Assembly (NCBI GenBank): GCA_964504655.1 | Contig: CAZDFD010000003.1 | Span: 11,979 to 75,978 of the forward strand | From: an uncultured Geminicoccaceae bacterium | Lineage (GTDB): Bacteria; Pseudomonadota; Alphaproteobacteria; Geminicoccales; Geminicoccaceae | DNA: 64,000 nt | Direction of reading: 5' to 3' | Shown: piece after piece, positions 1-9,464 of the stretch | Position numbering within the stretch: the first letter of the stretch is position 1 | How the letters are laid out: every line of letters starts with the position of its first letter | The notes under the pieces: generated by a model | Database searches by the model: none | The model's input: the letters and a program-made list of their open reading frames with translations, nothing else | What the model was told of the DNA's origin: nothing | Program-made: the position numbers and the translations under genes

Positions 1-1
1 G

Positions 2-142
2 CACGGCACCCCCGCCGAGACCCGCGGCGAGGACAATGTCTGGACGATCGCCATGCTCGAGGCCGGTAAGCGCGCCGCCGCGGAGGGCCACACCGTTCGT
101 ATCGGCGAGGTCGGCGACGGCCGCTTCGTCGCCCGCAGCTGA
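2..142 (+). CDS. 3' end of an upstream CDS (last 46 codons, product unknown)
   Basis: The frame is open from the window edge to TGA at 140-142 (...NVWTIAMLEAGKRAAAEGHTVRIGEVGDGRFVARS*). Third codon positions are almost all G/C, as in real genes here. The overlapping 36.. frame lacks this bias. Confidence 0.5.
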   Translation, partial: HGTPAETRGEDNVWTIAMLEAGKRAAAEGHTVRIGEVGDGRFVARS

Positions 143-155
143 GGAGCCGCCGCCC

Positions 156-1736
156 GTGGCCGAGCGCAGCCGTCGCGTCCTCCTGATCGGCCTCGACAGC
201 GCCGATGCGGTGCTCATCGAGGAGTGGGCGCGGGCCGGCCACCTGCCGACCTTCGCCCGGCTGATGGCCGAGGGGTCCTGGTCGCGCCTCGAGACCACCG
301 CCGCGATGCTGCACGTCTCGGCCTGGCCGACCATCTATTTCGGCGCCCGTCCCGGGCGGCACGGCCTCTACCACGCCTACCAGGTGCGGGCCGGCGACCA
401 GCTGGTCCACCGGACCGACCCGAGCTGGGCGGCCCTGCCGCCGTTCTGGCGGACGCTCGACGAAGCGGGGCGGCGCTGCATCGTCTTCGACGCCTTCATG
501 GACAGCCGGCTGCCCGGCTTCCGGGGCGTGCAGATCGGCGAGTGGGGTACCTGGACCTGGTTCGGCGAGCCGTTCGCCTCGCCGACCGGAATGCGCGACG
601 CGCTGATCCGCGAGGTCGGGCCCTATCCCGCTCCCGAGCACAGCGCGCAGGTGACGGTGCCCGACCAGCTCTGGTTCCGCGACCGCCTCGTCGAGGCCGC
701 CGCCGCCAAGGGCCGCGCGGCCGACTGGCTCCTGCGCGGCCAAGCCTGGGACATGGCCTTCGTGACGTTCGGCGAACCGCACGGGGCCGGCCACTATCTC
801 TGGCACACGGGCGACCCGAGCTACCCGACGCATCGGCCGATCGCCGGCCTGCCGCACCCGCTGCTCGACGTCTACGCCGCGGTCGACCGGGCGATCGGCG
901 GGCTCCTCGAGCGGCATCTGGACGATCGGACCACGGCGCTCCTGGTCTCCGGCGACGGCATGGGCCCCAACTACTCGGGCGCCCACCTGATGCCCGAGCT
1001 CCTCCACAAGCTCGATCTCTACTTCGCTCCCGGTGTCGGTCAGGGCGAGACGGACGCCGCGGCGGCGCCCAGGCGCAGCCTCGCCGCGAGGCTGCGCGAG
1101 GCGATCCCCTTGCCGGTGCGCATGGCAGTGAGCCGCTGCCTGCCGCGCAGCGTCAAGTATCGGCTCTCGCTCAAGTGGATGAACGCCGACATCGACTGGA
1201 GCCGCACGCGGGCCTTCCCGATCCACAACAACAACGAGGGCTTCATCCGTCTGAACCTGGCCGGGCGCGAGCCCGAGGGGATCGTCGCGGCCGGCGCCGA
1301 GCGGGACGAGCTGACCCGGCTCCTCGCCGAGGAGCTCGCCCGCCTCACCAACCCGACGACCGGCCGGGCGGCCGGCCGGGTCGGGCTGATCGACGAGCTG
1401 TTCCCGGGCGAGGAGCGCCGGCACCTCCCCGACCTCGTCATCAGCTGGGACGAGGCCGCCCGGGTGCTCGACCGGCTCGAGGGACCGCGCGCCGGGCTGG
1501 TGTGCGGCAAGTGCGGGCACGAGACGCCCGCCTACTACACGGGCAACCATCGCCCGAACGCCTTCCTGGCGGCCGCCGGGGCCGGGGTGGCGGCGGGCGC
1601 GCGCCTGGAGCAGGGTCACATCCTCGATGTGCCGGCAACTGTGCTGGCGCTGCTGGGCGTGGATCCGCCGGCGCATTTCGAGGGCCGCGAGCGGACGGCG
1701 AGCCTCGCTAGGGGTCTGTTAACCAGCGTGGCCTAG
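156..1736 (+). CDS. alkaline-phosphatase-superfamily enzyme (type I phosphodiesterase / nucleotide pyrophosphatase-like)
   Basis: Part of ORF 36..1736. N-terminal LLIGLDSADAVLIEEWARAGHLPTF and later GEPHGAGHYLWH and SGDGMGPNY blocks are typical of this family. I moved the start to in-frame GTG 156, preceded by GAGGAG at 141-146, because the upstream gene ends at 142. No signal peptide is visible. Confidence 0.7.
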   Translation: MAERSRRVLLIGLDSADAVLIEEWARAGHLPTFARLMAEGSWSRLETTAAMLHVSAWPTIYFGARPGRHGLYHAYQVRAGDQLVHRTDPSWAALPPFWRTLDEAGRRCIVFDAFMDSRLPGFRGVQIGEWGTWTWFGEPFASPTGMRDALIREVGPYPAPEHSAQVTVPDQLWFRDRLVEAAAAKGRAADWLLRGQAWDMAFVTFGEPHGAGHYLWHTGDPSYPTHRPIAGLPHPLLDVYAAVDRAIGGLLERHLDDRTTALLVSGDGMGPNYSGAHLMPELLHKLDLYFAPGVGQGETDAAAAPRRSLAARLREAIPLPVRMAVSRCLPRSVKYRLSLKWMNADIDWSRTRAFPIHNNNEGFIRLNLAGREPEGIVAAGAERDELTRLLAEELARLTNPTTGRAAGRVGLIDELFPGEERRHLPDLVISWDEAARVLDRLEGPRAGLVCGKCGHETPAYYTGNHRPNAFLAAAGAGVAAGARLEQGHILDVPATVLALLGVDPPAHFEGRERTASLARGLLTSVA

Positions 1737-1767
1737 GGTCCGCCACGGCAGCTTGGGGAGTGGGCCG

Positions 1768-3669
1768 ATGTGTGGACTGGCCGGCGTGCTCTGCCGCGGC
1801 CCGGACATGGCCGGTGCGCAGTACGGCCCGGTGGTGGCCCGCATGTGCCGGCAGATCGCCCATCGCGGTCCGGACGACGAGGGGATCTGGAGCGACGGGC
1901 CGGTCTGCCTGGGCTCGCGGCGCCTGGCGATCCAGGACCTGTCGCCGGCCGGCCACATGCCGATGGTCGACCCGAGCGGGCGCTATGCGCTGGCCTACAA
2001 CGGCGAGCTGTACAACGCCGCCGACCTCAGGGCCGAGCTGCGCGCGGAGGGCGTCCGCTTCCGCTCGACCGGTGACACCGAGGTGGTCCTGCAGAGCCTG
2101 ATCACCTGGGGCCAGGGGGTGCTGCCGAGGTTCGCCGGCATCCTGGCCTTCGCCTTCTGGGATCGCGAGCGGCGCGAGCTGTGGCTGGCGCGCGACCATC
2201 TGGGGGTCAAGCCCCTCTATTACATGGAAAGCGGCGACCTGCTGCTGTTCGCCTCCGAGATCAAGGCGCTGCTGCCCGAGCACCCCGATCCGCAGGTCGA
2301 CGACGGCGCGCTGGTCGAGTGGTCGCTCTATCGCAACCTCGATTCCCCGACCCGGGGCACGCTGGTTCGCGGGATCGAGGCGGTGCTGCCGGGCGAGGTG
2401 GTGGTGGTGGCCGACGGCCGGCGGCGCCATTCCTGCTACTTCCGACCGACCCAGGCCGTCGACGCGGCCGAGTACCGGCGGGTCCGCGGGCTGACGCCCG
2501 AGGCCGTGGTCGAGGAAGTGGACGCGGCCCTCAAGGGGATCGTGCGCGAGCAGCTGGTCTCCGACGTGCCGGTCGGCACGCTTCTCTCGGGCGGGCTCGA
2601 TTCCTCGGTGCTGACCGCGATCTCGGCCGGGCTGCGCAGCGACCTCAAGGCCTTCCACGTCTCGATCGCGGGCTTCCCCGAGCACGACGAGCGGCCCTAT
2701 GCCGAGGCGCTGTGCCGCGACAAGGGCCTGACGTTCGTGCCGATGACCCTGGACGGCCCGGGCTTTCGGCGTGCGCTCGCGCGCACGGTCTGGCTCTCCG
2801 ACCTGCCGCTCACCCACCCGAACTCGGTCGCCTACCACCTGATCAGCCGGGTGGTGCGCGAGCACGGCGTGGTCGTGGCGCTGGCCGGCGAGGGTGCCGA
2901 CGAACTGTTCGGCGGCTATTCCTGGGCCTACCGGCGGCGGCGCCGACTGCAGCGACTGCGACCGTGGCTGGCACGGCTGCCGGCGGTGGTGCGCGAGACA
3001 CTGGCCCTCCTGGTCTACGCCGAGGCCGACCTGCCGGTCACCTCGGTGCGCTTCCGCGACCTCCTGCCGCCCACCGTGGAGCTGGTCGACCGCTACCAGC
3101 GGCAGGAGTGGCTGGGCGCCTGCATCGACGCCTACGGCTTCGAGCCGGCCGTCGAGGACCGCGAGATCCTGGGTGCCATGCTGGCGGATCTGTCGGACTT
3201 CCTGAGCCCGCTCCTGCGGCGGCTCGACCGCACCAGCATGGGCGCCTCGGTCGAGTGCCGGGTCCCGTTTCTCGATCCGCGCCTGGTGCGCCGGGCGGTC
3301 AATCTCCCGCTCGACTACAAGCTCGGCCGGTACGCCGACAAATGGGTCCTGAAGCAGGTGGCGACGCGCTACATGCGCCGTGAGCTCGTATTCCGCACCA
3401 AGATGGGCTTCCCCCTGCCGCTCGCCGAGTGGGCGCGTCCCTATGCCAGGGCCGAGTTCTTCGCCGGTGGTTTCCTCGAGACCCGGCTCGGCTTCGGCCG
3501 GCGCGGGTCCGAGCGGCTGGTCGGCCGGGCCGGCCGCTGGGTGCACGCCTTCTTCGGGCTCGTGACCCTCGAGATCTGGGGCCGGCTCAACCTCATGGGG
3601 CAGGGCCTGGGCGAGGTCGAGGCCTGGCTCGCGGGCTTCGAGCCGCGGTCCGCGCAGGAGCCCGGCTGA
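1768..3669 (+). CDS. asnB: asparagine synthetase (glutamine-hydrolysing) family amidotransferase
   Basis: ORF 1753..3669 trimmed to MCGLAGV (N-terminal Cys after Met, class II glutamine amidotransferase). It carries the PP-loop SGGLDSS and the C-terminal synthetase domain. Confidence 0.9.
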   Translation: MCGLAGVLCRGPDMAGAQYGPVVARMCRQIAHRGPDDEGIWSDGPVCLGSRRLAIQDLSPAGHMPMVDPSGRYALAYNGELYNAADLRAELRAEGVRFRSTGDTEVVLQSLITWGQGVLPRFAGILAFAFWDRERRELWLARDHLGVKPLYYMESGDLLLFASEIKALLPEHPDPQVDDGALVEWSLYRNLDSPTRGTLVRGIEAVLPGEVVVVADGRRRHSCYFRPTQAVDAAEYRRVRGLTPEAVVEEVDAALKGIVREQLVSDVPVGTLLSGGLDSSVLTAISAGLRSDLKAFHVSIAGFPEHDERPYAEALCRDKGLTFVPMTLDGPGFRRALARTVWLSDLPLTHPNSVAYHLISRVVREHGVVVALAGEGADELFGGYSWAYRRRRRLQRLRPWLARLPAVVRETLALLVYAEADLPVTSVRFRDLLPPTVELVDRYQRQEWLGACIDAYGFEPAVEDREILGAMLADLSDFLSPLLRRLDRTSMGASVECRVPFLDPRLVRRAVNLPLDYKLGRYADKWVLKQVATRYMRRELVFRTKMGFPLPLAEWARPYARAEFFAGGFLETRLGFGRRGSERLVGRAGRWVHAFFGLVTLEIWGRLNLMGQGLGEVEAWLAGFEPRSAQEPG

Positions 3670-5126
3670 TGGCTGGGCCGACCGGCGTCGCGGCGCGCGA
3701 CGCCCTCGTGGTCGCCACGGGGCAGCTGGCCCTGGCCCTGGCCGGGTTCCTCGCGGCGCTCCTGCTCGCGCGCGAGCTCGGGCCGGCCGCCTACGGCGTC
3801 TGGGGCATCGTCTACGCGCTGCTCGCCGGCGTCGAGCAGATCGGGAGGCTCGGCATCCCACAGGCGACGAGCCGGCTCGTGGCCGAGGCCGACGGCCGCG
3901 ATCGGGCGCTCGAGCGGCGCGCGGTGACCCTCGTGGCCCTGGTGTTCGCGGCCCTGTTCGCCTCGCTCTGGATCGGCGCGCCCTGGCTCGAGCGGCTGTT
4001 CGCCGTTCCCGACGGGACCCGTCTCCTGCGCATTGCCGCGCTCGACGTGGTGCCGTTCGGGCTGTTCGCGGTGACCGTCGCGATCCTCAACGGCCGGCGC
4101 GACTTCGTGCTCGAGGGAGTTGCCAACATCGCCTATGCCGGCGCGCGGATCCTGGGCCTCCTCCTGCTGCTGCCGTTCGGGCTCACGATCGAGGCGGCGC
4201 TCCTGGTGACCGCCGGCTCCTCGGTGGTGGGCTGCGCCGCGACCCTCTGGCGGCTCGGACCGCACGTGCTGCGGCCGCGGCTCGACGGGTTCGCGCCGAT
4301 CCTCAAGGTCGCGGCACCGGTCGCCGTGGCCTGGGGCGCGGCGGGGCTCCTGAGCCAGCTCGATCTGTGGGCGCTCAACGCCTTCGGATCGGCGGTCGAG
4401 CGCGAGGTCAAGGGCTGGTACACCGCGGCGCTCAACCTGGCGCGGCTGCCCAATCTCCTGGCCTTCGTCGCGACCTCGATCCTGGTGCCGACGATCGCCC
4501 GGGCGCTCGGCGCCGGCGATCGGGCGGCCGCCGGCGCGAGCCTGCGCGGCGGCGTCCGGCTGCTGCTCGTCGTGCTGCTGCCGGTGGGTGCCGTCGGGGC
4601 GGTGGAGGCCCGCGGCCTGCTCGAGCTGCTGTTCTCACCGGCCTACGGCGACGGCGCGCCGCTCCTGGCGCTCCTCCTGCTCGCCCACGGCGTGCTGCAC
4701 ACCGCGTTCGTCACCCTGGGCTCGGTGCTGCTCGCGGCCGGCCGCGAGGGCGTCGCCGCCCTGCTCGCCCCGGCCGCTGCGGCGCTGGCCCTCCTGCTCC
4801 TGCCGGCCGGAACGCTGCTCGCAGGTGCCGTCGGGACGGCGGCCGGCTCGCTCCTGACGGGTCTCCTGGCCTCCACCCTCGGAGCCTGGGTGGTCTGGCG
4901 GGAGGTCGGGCCGCTCGTCGATCCGGGCGAGGTCGTGCGTGTCGCGGCCTGCACCGCGGCGGTGACGCTGCTCGTCCTGGTGTTGCCCGGACGCGGCCCG
5001 TGGCTGCTCGGCGAGCTGGCGCTCGGAGCGTCCGTCTACTTGGGATTGCTGCTCGCCACGGGTCTGCTCGGGCGGATCGACGCCGGGTCGTTGCGTGCGC
5101 CGGCCGCGGCACCACGTCGGGGCTGA
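3669..5126 (+). CDS. oligosaccharide/polysaccharide flippase (Wzx-like, MOP superfamily)
   Basis: The ATG overlaps the asnB stop (TGATG). The 485-aa protein is highly hydrophobic with many TM segments, and its N-terminal pattern (GQLALALAGFLAALLLARELGPAAYGVWGIV) is typical of polysaccharide biosynthesis flippases. Confidence 0.75.
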   Translation: MAGPTGVAARDALVVATGQLALALAGFLAALLLARELGPAAYGVWGIVYALLAGVEQIGRLGIPQATSRLVAEADGRDRALERRAVTLVALVFAALFASLWIGAPWLERLFAVPDGTRLLRIAALDVVPFGLFAVTVAILNGRRDFVLEGVANIAYAGARILGLLLLLPFGLTIEAALLVTAGSSVVGCAATLWRLGPHVLRPRLDGFAPILKVAAPVAVAWGAAGLLSQLDLWALNAFGSAVEREVKGWYTAALNLARLPNLLAFVATSILVPTIARALGAGDRAAAGASLRGGVRLLLVVLLPVGAVGAVEARGLLELLFSPAYGDGAPLLALLLLAHGVLHTAFVTLGSVLLAAGREGVAALLAPAAAALALLLLPAGTLLAGAVGTAAGSLLTGLLASTLGAWVVWREVGPLVDPGEVVRVAACTAAVTLLVLVLPGRGPWLLGELALGASVYLGLLLATGLLGRIDAGSLRAPAAAPRRG

Positions 5127-5285
5127 GCCCCGAGCGGCGGGACGGACGGCGGCCGGTGGACGCTCGGTCCCCCGCCGTGTAGGACGGCCGTGGAGGGGGC
5201 GCCCGGCCCGGCCGCGCTGGCGGTCGGCGCGCCGTCGCGACCGTGGCGCCGGGCCGGCGGTCGCTCCGCGCACGATGGTCGAGCG

Positions 5286-6002
5286 ATGCGGCGGGGCAAG
5301 CTGATCGGCCTCGGGGTGGGACCGGGTGATCCCGACCTCCTGACCGTCAAGGCCGTCCGGATCCTGCAGGGGGCGCAGGTGGTGGCGTTCGTCGCCGCCG
5401 CCGGCCGGGCGAGCCGGGCCCGCGAGACCGCCGGCGCGCAGCTGCGGCCCGGCACCCGCGAGCTGGTCGCGGTGCTGCCGGCCGGCGCCGACGCTGCCGC
5501 GGCCTCGCGTGCCTACGGCCAGCTCGCGACCGGGATCGTGGGCGAGCTCGGCCAGGGCAACGACGTGGTCTTCCTGTGCGAGGGTGACCCTCTGCTGCAC
5601 GGCACCTTCGCGACCCTGCTCGAGCGGCTCGGATCCCGCTTCGAGAGCGTCGCCGTGCCCGGCGTCACCGGTTTCGCCGCCGCCGCCGCCGCCTCGCTCT
5701 GGCCGCTGGCGCTGCGCGAGCAGGCGCTCGCCGTGGTACCCGCCTCGCTGCCTCCGCGCCGCCTCGAGGCGATCCTCCGGGACGTTGACCGGGCGGTCCT
5801 GGTGCGGGTCGGCCGCCATCTGGGCAAGGTTCGCCAGGTGCTCGCGACCTGTCGGATGGCGGCGGGCGCCCTCCTGGTCGAAGGCCCCGGCGAGGCTGGC
5901 GCGCGCGCCCGGCCGCTCAAGGACGTGGCCCTGGAGGCGGCCGGGCCCACCGCCCTCGTGCTGGCCGCTCGCGAGCCCGCCGGCGCCGAGCGCGGCGGCT
6001 GA
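5286..6002 (+). CDS. cobI: precorrin-2 C20-methyltransferase
   Basis: ORF 5190..6002 trimmed to MRRGKLIGLGVGPGDPDLLTVKAVRILQGAQVV, the tetrapyrrole methylase signature. The 238-aa length fits CobI/CbiL. Confidence 0.8.
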   Translation: MRRGKLIGLGVGPGDPDLLTVKAVRILQGAQVVAFVAAAGRASRARETAGAQLRPGTRELVAVLPAGADAAAASRAYGQLATGIVGELGQGNDVVFLCEGDPLLHGTFATLLERLGSRFESVAVPGVTGFAAAAAASLWPLALREQALAVVPASLPPRRLEAILRDVDRAVLVRVGRHLGKVRQVLATCRMAAGALLVEGPGEAGARARPLKDVALEAAGPTALVLAAREPAGAERGG

Positions 6003-6090
6003 GCCCGGGCCCGCCGTCGTGGCCGCTGGCACGGCACCGCGAACCGGCTAGTGTGGCGCGGCCCGCGTCGCCCCGAGAGGCCGTCGCGCC

Positions 6091-7407
6091 ATGACCGCGC
6101 CCGCGCTCCTGCTCGCTGCCCCGATGACCGGCTCGGGCAAGACGATCGTGTGCCTGGCGCTGCTCGCGGCACTCGCCGGGCGCGGCCTGCGGGTCGGCTC
6201 GCTCAAGGTCGGCCCGGACTTCATCGATCCCTCCTTCCACGAGCGGGTGACCGGGCGGCCGTGCCACAATCTCGACAGCTGGGCGATGCGCTTCGCCACG
6301 CTCGTGGGGCTGCTCGAGGCGGCCGCCGAGGAAGTCGACATCGTCATCGGCGAGGGCATGATGGGGCTCGCCGACGGCGCCCCGGACGGCCGCGGCTCGA
6401 CCGGTGACCTCGCGGCCCTGCTCGGCATTCCTGTGGTGCTCGTGATCGACTGCGCCCGGCTCGGCGGCTCGGTGGCCCCGCTCGTCGAGGGCTTCCTGCG
6501 CTGGCGCGAGGAGGTCGAGATCGTCGGGCTCGTGCTCAACCGCGTCGGCGGCGAGGAGCACGCCCGGCTGCTCGCCCGGGCCTGCGAGGAGCGGTTCTCG
6601 ACCCGGATCCTCGGCTGGCTGCCCGAGGATCCCGAGCTCCTCCTGGAGAGCCGGCACCTGGGGTTGGTCCAGGCCGCCGAGCAGCCCCGCCTCGCGGCGA
6701 CGATCGAGCGGGCGGGGCTGCTCGCCGCGCGGCGGCTCGACCTCGACCGGATCGTCCGCCTGGCGCGCCCGCCGAGCCTCTCGGCGCTCGGCCGCGGCGC
6801 GCCGCCCTGGCCGCCGCTCGGTCAGCGCATCGCGCTCGCCCACGACGCCGCCTTCGGCTTCGCCTATGCGGCGGTGCTCGAGGGATGGCGCGCGGCCGGA
6901 TGCGAGCTGGTGGCGTTCTCGCCGCTCGCCGACGAGCCCCCGGATCCGACGGCCGATGCCGTGTTCCTGCCGGGCGGCTATCCCGAGCTGCACGCCCAAA
7001 GGCTCGCCGCGGCCGGCCGCTGGCGCGCCGGCCTCCGCGCCGCCGCCGCGCGCGGCGCCTTCGTCTACGGCGAGTGCGGCGGCTACATGGCGCTCGGCCG
7101 CGAGCTGGTCGACGCCGCCGGCACGGGCCACGCCATGGCCGGGCTCCTGCCGGTCACGGCGAGCCTCGCAGACCCCGACCCCCGGATCGGCTGGAGGCGC
7201 GTCGAGTTGGTCGAGGACGGGCCGCTCGGTCCGGCCGGCGTGGCCTACCGCGGCCACGAGTTCCACCTCGCGCGGATCGTCGGGCCGACCGACCGGCCGT
7301 TCGCGCTCGCCCGGGACGCGGCCGGACGCGAGCTCGGGCCGAGCGGCTGCCGAATCGGCCCGGTGGCCGGCTCGCCCGTCCACCTGATCGACCGCGAGGG
7401 CGGATGA
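6091..7407 (+). CDS. cobB: cobyrinate (hydrogenobyrinate) a,c-diamide synthase
   Basis: P-loop MTGSGKT, KVGPDFIDPSFH, and a C-terminal glutamine amidotransferase domain with GECGGYMALG. Confidence 0.9.
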   Translation: MTAPALLLAAPMTGSGKTIVCLALLAALAGRGLRVGSLKVGPDFIDPSFHERVTGRPCHNLDSWAMRFATLVGLLEAAAEEVDIVIGEGMMGLADGAPDGRGSTGDLAALLGIPVVLVIDCARLGGSVAPLVEGFLRWREEVEIVGLVLNRVGGEEHARLLARACEERFSTRILGWLPEDPELLLESRHLGLVQAAEQPRLAATIERAGLLAARRLDLDRIVRLARPPSLSALGRGAPPWPPLGQRIALAHDAAFGFAYAAVLEGWRAAGCELVAFSPLADEPPDPTADAVFLPGGYPELHAQRLAAAGRWRAGLRAAAARGAFVYGECGGYMALGRELVDAAGTGHAMAGLLPVTASLADPDPRIGWRRVELVEDGPLGPAGVAYRGHEFHLARIVGPTDRPFALARDAAGRELGPSGCRIGPVAGSPVHLIDREGG

Positions 7408-7489
7408 TGCCCGCACGCCGCTGGCCTCGGGCCCGGCTTTGCCGTAGCAGCGGGAGCACTCGGGATCGGGACCGAGGAGGAGCAGCTCG

Positions 7490-8566
7490 ATGTTGCGACG
7501 CGACGTGATCGCCACCGCCGGGGCCGCGAGCGTGGCCGGGCTCGCCGCTCCGGCGATCGCCCAGGGCAGGATCCGCTGGAGCATGGCCATGCCCTGGCCG
7601 CGCGGGACGCCCGGCGTGGCCGTCAACGCCGAGCGGTTCGCCCGCCGGGTCGAGGCGATGTCGGCCGGCCGGATCGAGATCAAGCTGTTCGGCGCCGGCG
7701 AGCTCGTTCCACCCTTCCAGGTGTTCGACGCGGTGCACGCCGGGACCGCCCAGCTCGGTCACGGCACGCCCTATTACTGGGCCTCGAAGTCGCCCTCCCT
7801 GCACTGGTTCACCGGCGTGCCGTTCGGCCTGACGGCCACCGAGCTCGCCGCCTGGCTGTACCACGGCGAGGGTGGCAAGCTCTGGAAGGAGGCCTACGCG
7901 CCCTTCAACGTGGTGGCCTTCTACGCCGGCTCATCCGGGGTCCAGGCGGGCGGCTGGTTCCGCAAGGAGATCAACGGGCTGGCCGACCTGCAGGGTCTCA
8001 AGATCCGGATCGCCGGGCTGGGTGCCGACGTGATGCGGCGGCTGGGTGCCACCCCGGTGACCACCCCGCCCGGGGAGATCCTGCCCAACCTGATGAGCGG
8101 GGCGATCGACGCGGCCGAGTGGATCGGACCCTGGAACGACCGTGCCTTCGGCCTGCAGAAGGTCGCCAGGTACTACTACGTGCCGGCTTTCCACGAGCCC
8201 GGCCCCGGCCTCGAGCTCCTGGTCAACAAGCAGGAATGGGAGAAGCTGACCCCCGACCTGCAGGCGATGCTCGAGACCGCGGCGTCGGCGACCGCCAACG
8301 AGACGCTGGCCGATTTCGTCTACCACAACATCGAGAGCTTCGTGCCGCTTCTGGGCGAGGGTGTCGAGCTGCGCGCCTTCCCCGAGGAGGTGGTGCGTGC
8401 GATGGGCGAGCAGTCGATGGCCGTGTTCGAGGAGATCGCCGCCAAGGACGCGCTCGCCCGCCGCGTGCACGACTCGTTCCTCGCGTTCCTCAAGCGTTCC
8501 GTGGTCTATGCCGACCGCTTCGACGCCCGGCTGCTCGCCATGCGACGGCTGGTCGTGCGGCTCTGA
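7490..8566 (+). CDS. TRAP transporter substrate-binding protein (DctP family), twin-arginine-type signal
   Basis: GAGGAGGA RBS upstream. The signal MLRRDVIATAGAASVAGLAAPAIAQG is followed by a typical DctP-family body (IKLFGAGELVP, GWFRKEINGLADLQGLKIRI, AAEWIGPWND). No DctQ/M genes lie nearby. Confidence 0.85.
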   Translation: MLRRDVIATAGAASVAGLAAPAIAQGRIRWSMAMPWPRGTPGVAVNAERFARRVEAMSAGRIEIKLFGAGELVPPFQVFDAVHAGTAQLGHGTPYYWASKSPSLHWFTGVPFGLTATELAAWLYHGEGGKLWKEAYAPFNVVAFYAGSSGVQAGGWFRKEINGLADLQGLKIRIAGLGADVMRRLGATPVTTPPGEILPNLMSGAIDAAEWIGPWNDRAFGLQKVARYYYVPAFHEPGPGLELLVNKQEWEKLTPDLQAMLETAASATANETLADFVYHNIESFVPLLGEGVELRAFPEEVVRAMGEQSMAVFEEIAAKDALARRVHDSFLAFLKRSVVYADRFDARLLAMRRLVVRL

Positions 8567-8716
8567 GGCAGGGCCGGCGGCGGGCGGCGAGCCGGCCGCC
8601 GACCGGGAAGCGGGGCCCGAGGGTCCGGCCGGCCATCGGCTCCGTCGCCCGGCCGCGGGCCCGAGCCGCCGGGCCTCGCGGCGGGCTCCTGGGAACGTCC
8701 TTCGTCGGAACGGGGC

Positions 8717-9439
8717 ATGCTGACCGACCTCAGAGTGGCCTGCGCGGTCCTGACCCGCCTGCCGGTGGGGCTCACGCGGCCGCCGGGCCGGGCCGAGCTC
8801 CTCCAGTCCGTGCACTGGTTCCCGATCGCCGGCGTGGCGGTCGGCGCCGCAGCGGCCCTGGCCTTCCTCCTGGCCGGGCTCATCGGCCTTCCCGGCCTGC
8901 CGGCACTTCTCTTAGCGCTCGCGACCCAGATCCTGGCGACCGGTGCCCTCCACGAGATCGGCCTCGCCGCCACCCTCGACGCCCTCCGACCGACCACGGG
9001 GCGCGACGCCGCGGGCGGGCGCCTCGGCACCCTGGCGCTGGTGCTGGCCGTGCTCGCGCGGGTCGCAGCGCTCACGACCTTCTGGAGTCCGGCGAGCTTC
9101 GCCGCGGCCCTCGTGGCCGCCTCGGCCGCATCGCGCGCCGCGCTGCCGGCGGTGATGCTGGTCCAGCCCGCGGCGCCGAACGGCTCGGGCGGCCGGCCGG
9201 ACCCGACCCGCGTCGCGCTCGGCCTCGGCCTCGCCTGCGCCGTCGCGGTGGCACTGCTGCCGCCCCGGGTGGCGGCCCAGGCGCTGCTCTGGGCCGGGCT
9301 CGCCGCCGCCACGGTGGCGGTCGCGCTCGGCCGGCGGCTCGGCGGCTGCTCCGGCGACGGCCTCGGTGCGGTCCAGCAAGCGGGCGAAATCGCCTTTCTG
9401 CTCTCGCTCTCGGCCGACGGCTGGCCGCGCTCGCTCTGA
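8717..9439 (+). CDS. cobS: adenosylcobinamide-GDP ribazoletransferase (cobalamin synthase)
   Basis: 240-aa polytopic membrane protein. N-terminal LRVACAVLTRLPV, an HE.GLA..LDAL block and GGCSGDGLGAV are CobS hallmarks. Confidence 0.85.
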   Translation: MLTDLRVACAVLTRLPVGLTRPPGRAELLQSVHWFPIAGVAVGAAAALAFLLAGLIGLPGLPALLLALATQILATGALHEIGLAATLDALRPTTGRDAAGGRLGTLALVLAVLARVAALTTFWSPASFAAALVAASAASRAALPAVMLVQPAAPNGSGGRPDPTRVALGLGLACAVAVALLPPRVAAQALLWAGLAAATVAVALGRRLGGCSGDGLGAVQQAGEIAFLLSLSADGWPRSL

Positions 9440-9460
9440 CCGCGCCGAGCCGCGGCGCGG
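9440..9460. terminator. GC hairpin between convergent cobS and the protease-nuclease gene
   Basis: CCGCGCCG-agccg-CGGCGCGG is a perfect 8-bp stem with a 5-nt loop in the 25-nt gap between two stop codons. There is no U-tract. Confidence 0.3.
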
Positions 9461-9464
9461 CCGC

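Noticed and set aside
36-155. N-terminal extension of the first ORF (and similar long extensions of the gshA, ghrA-like, lactonase, GDPD, TonB and MFS ORFs)
   Set aside because: The extensions overlap upstream genes or the riboswitch and are Arg/Pro/Ser-rich. Internal ATG/GTG/TTG codons with Shine-Dalgarno sequences give proteins of family-typical length.
1708-3861. 717-aa ORF antisense to asnB
   Set aside because: Its composition is Arg/Pro/Gly/Ala-dominated with no recognisable motifs. It mirrors a gene that has clear AsnB motifs on the opposite strand. This is a typical high-GC shadow ORF.
5127-5285. Possible cobalamin riboswitch upstream of cobI (also checked 8567-8716 upstream of cobS)
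   Set aside because: I found no GCCACTG core, no B12 box and no GGGAA..GGTG block on either strand. These spacers contain only generic GC-rich sequence.
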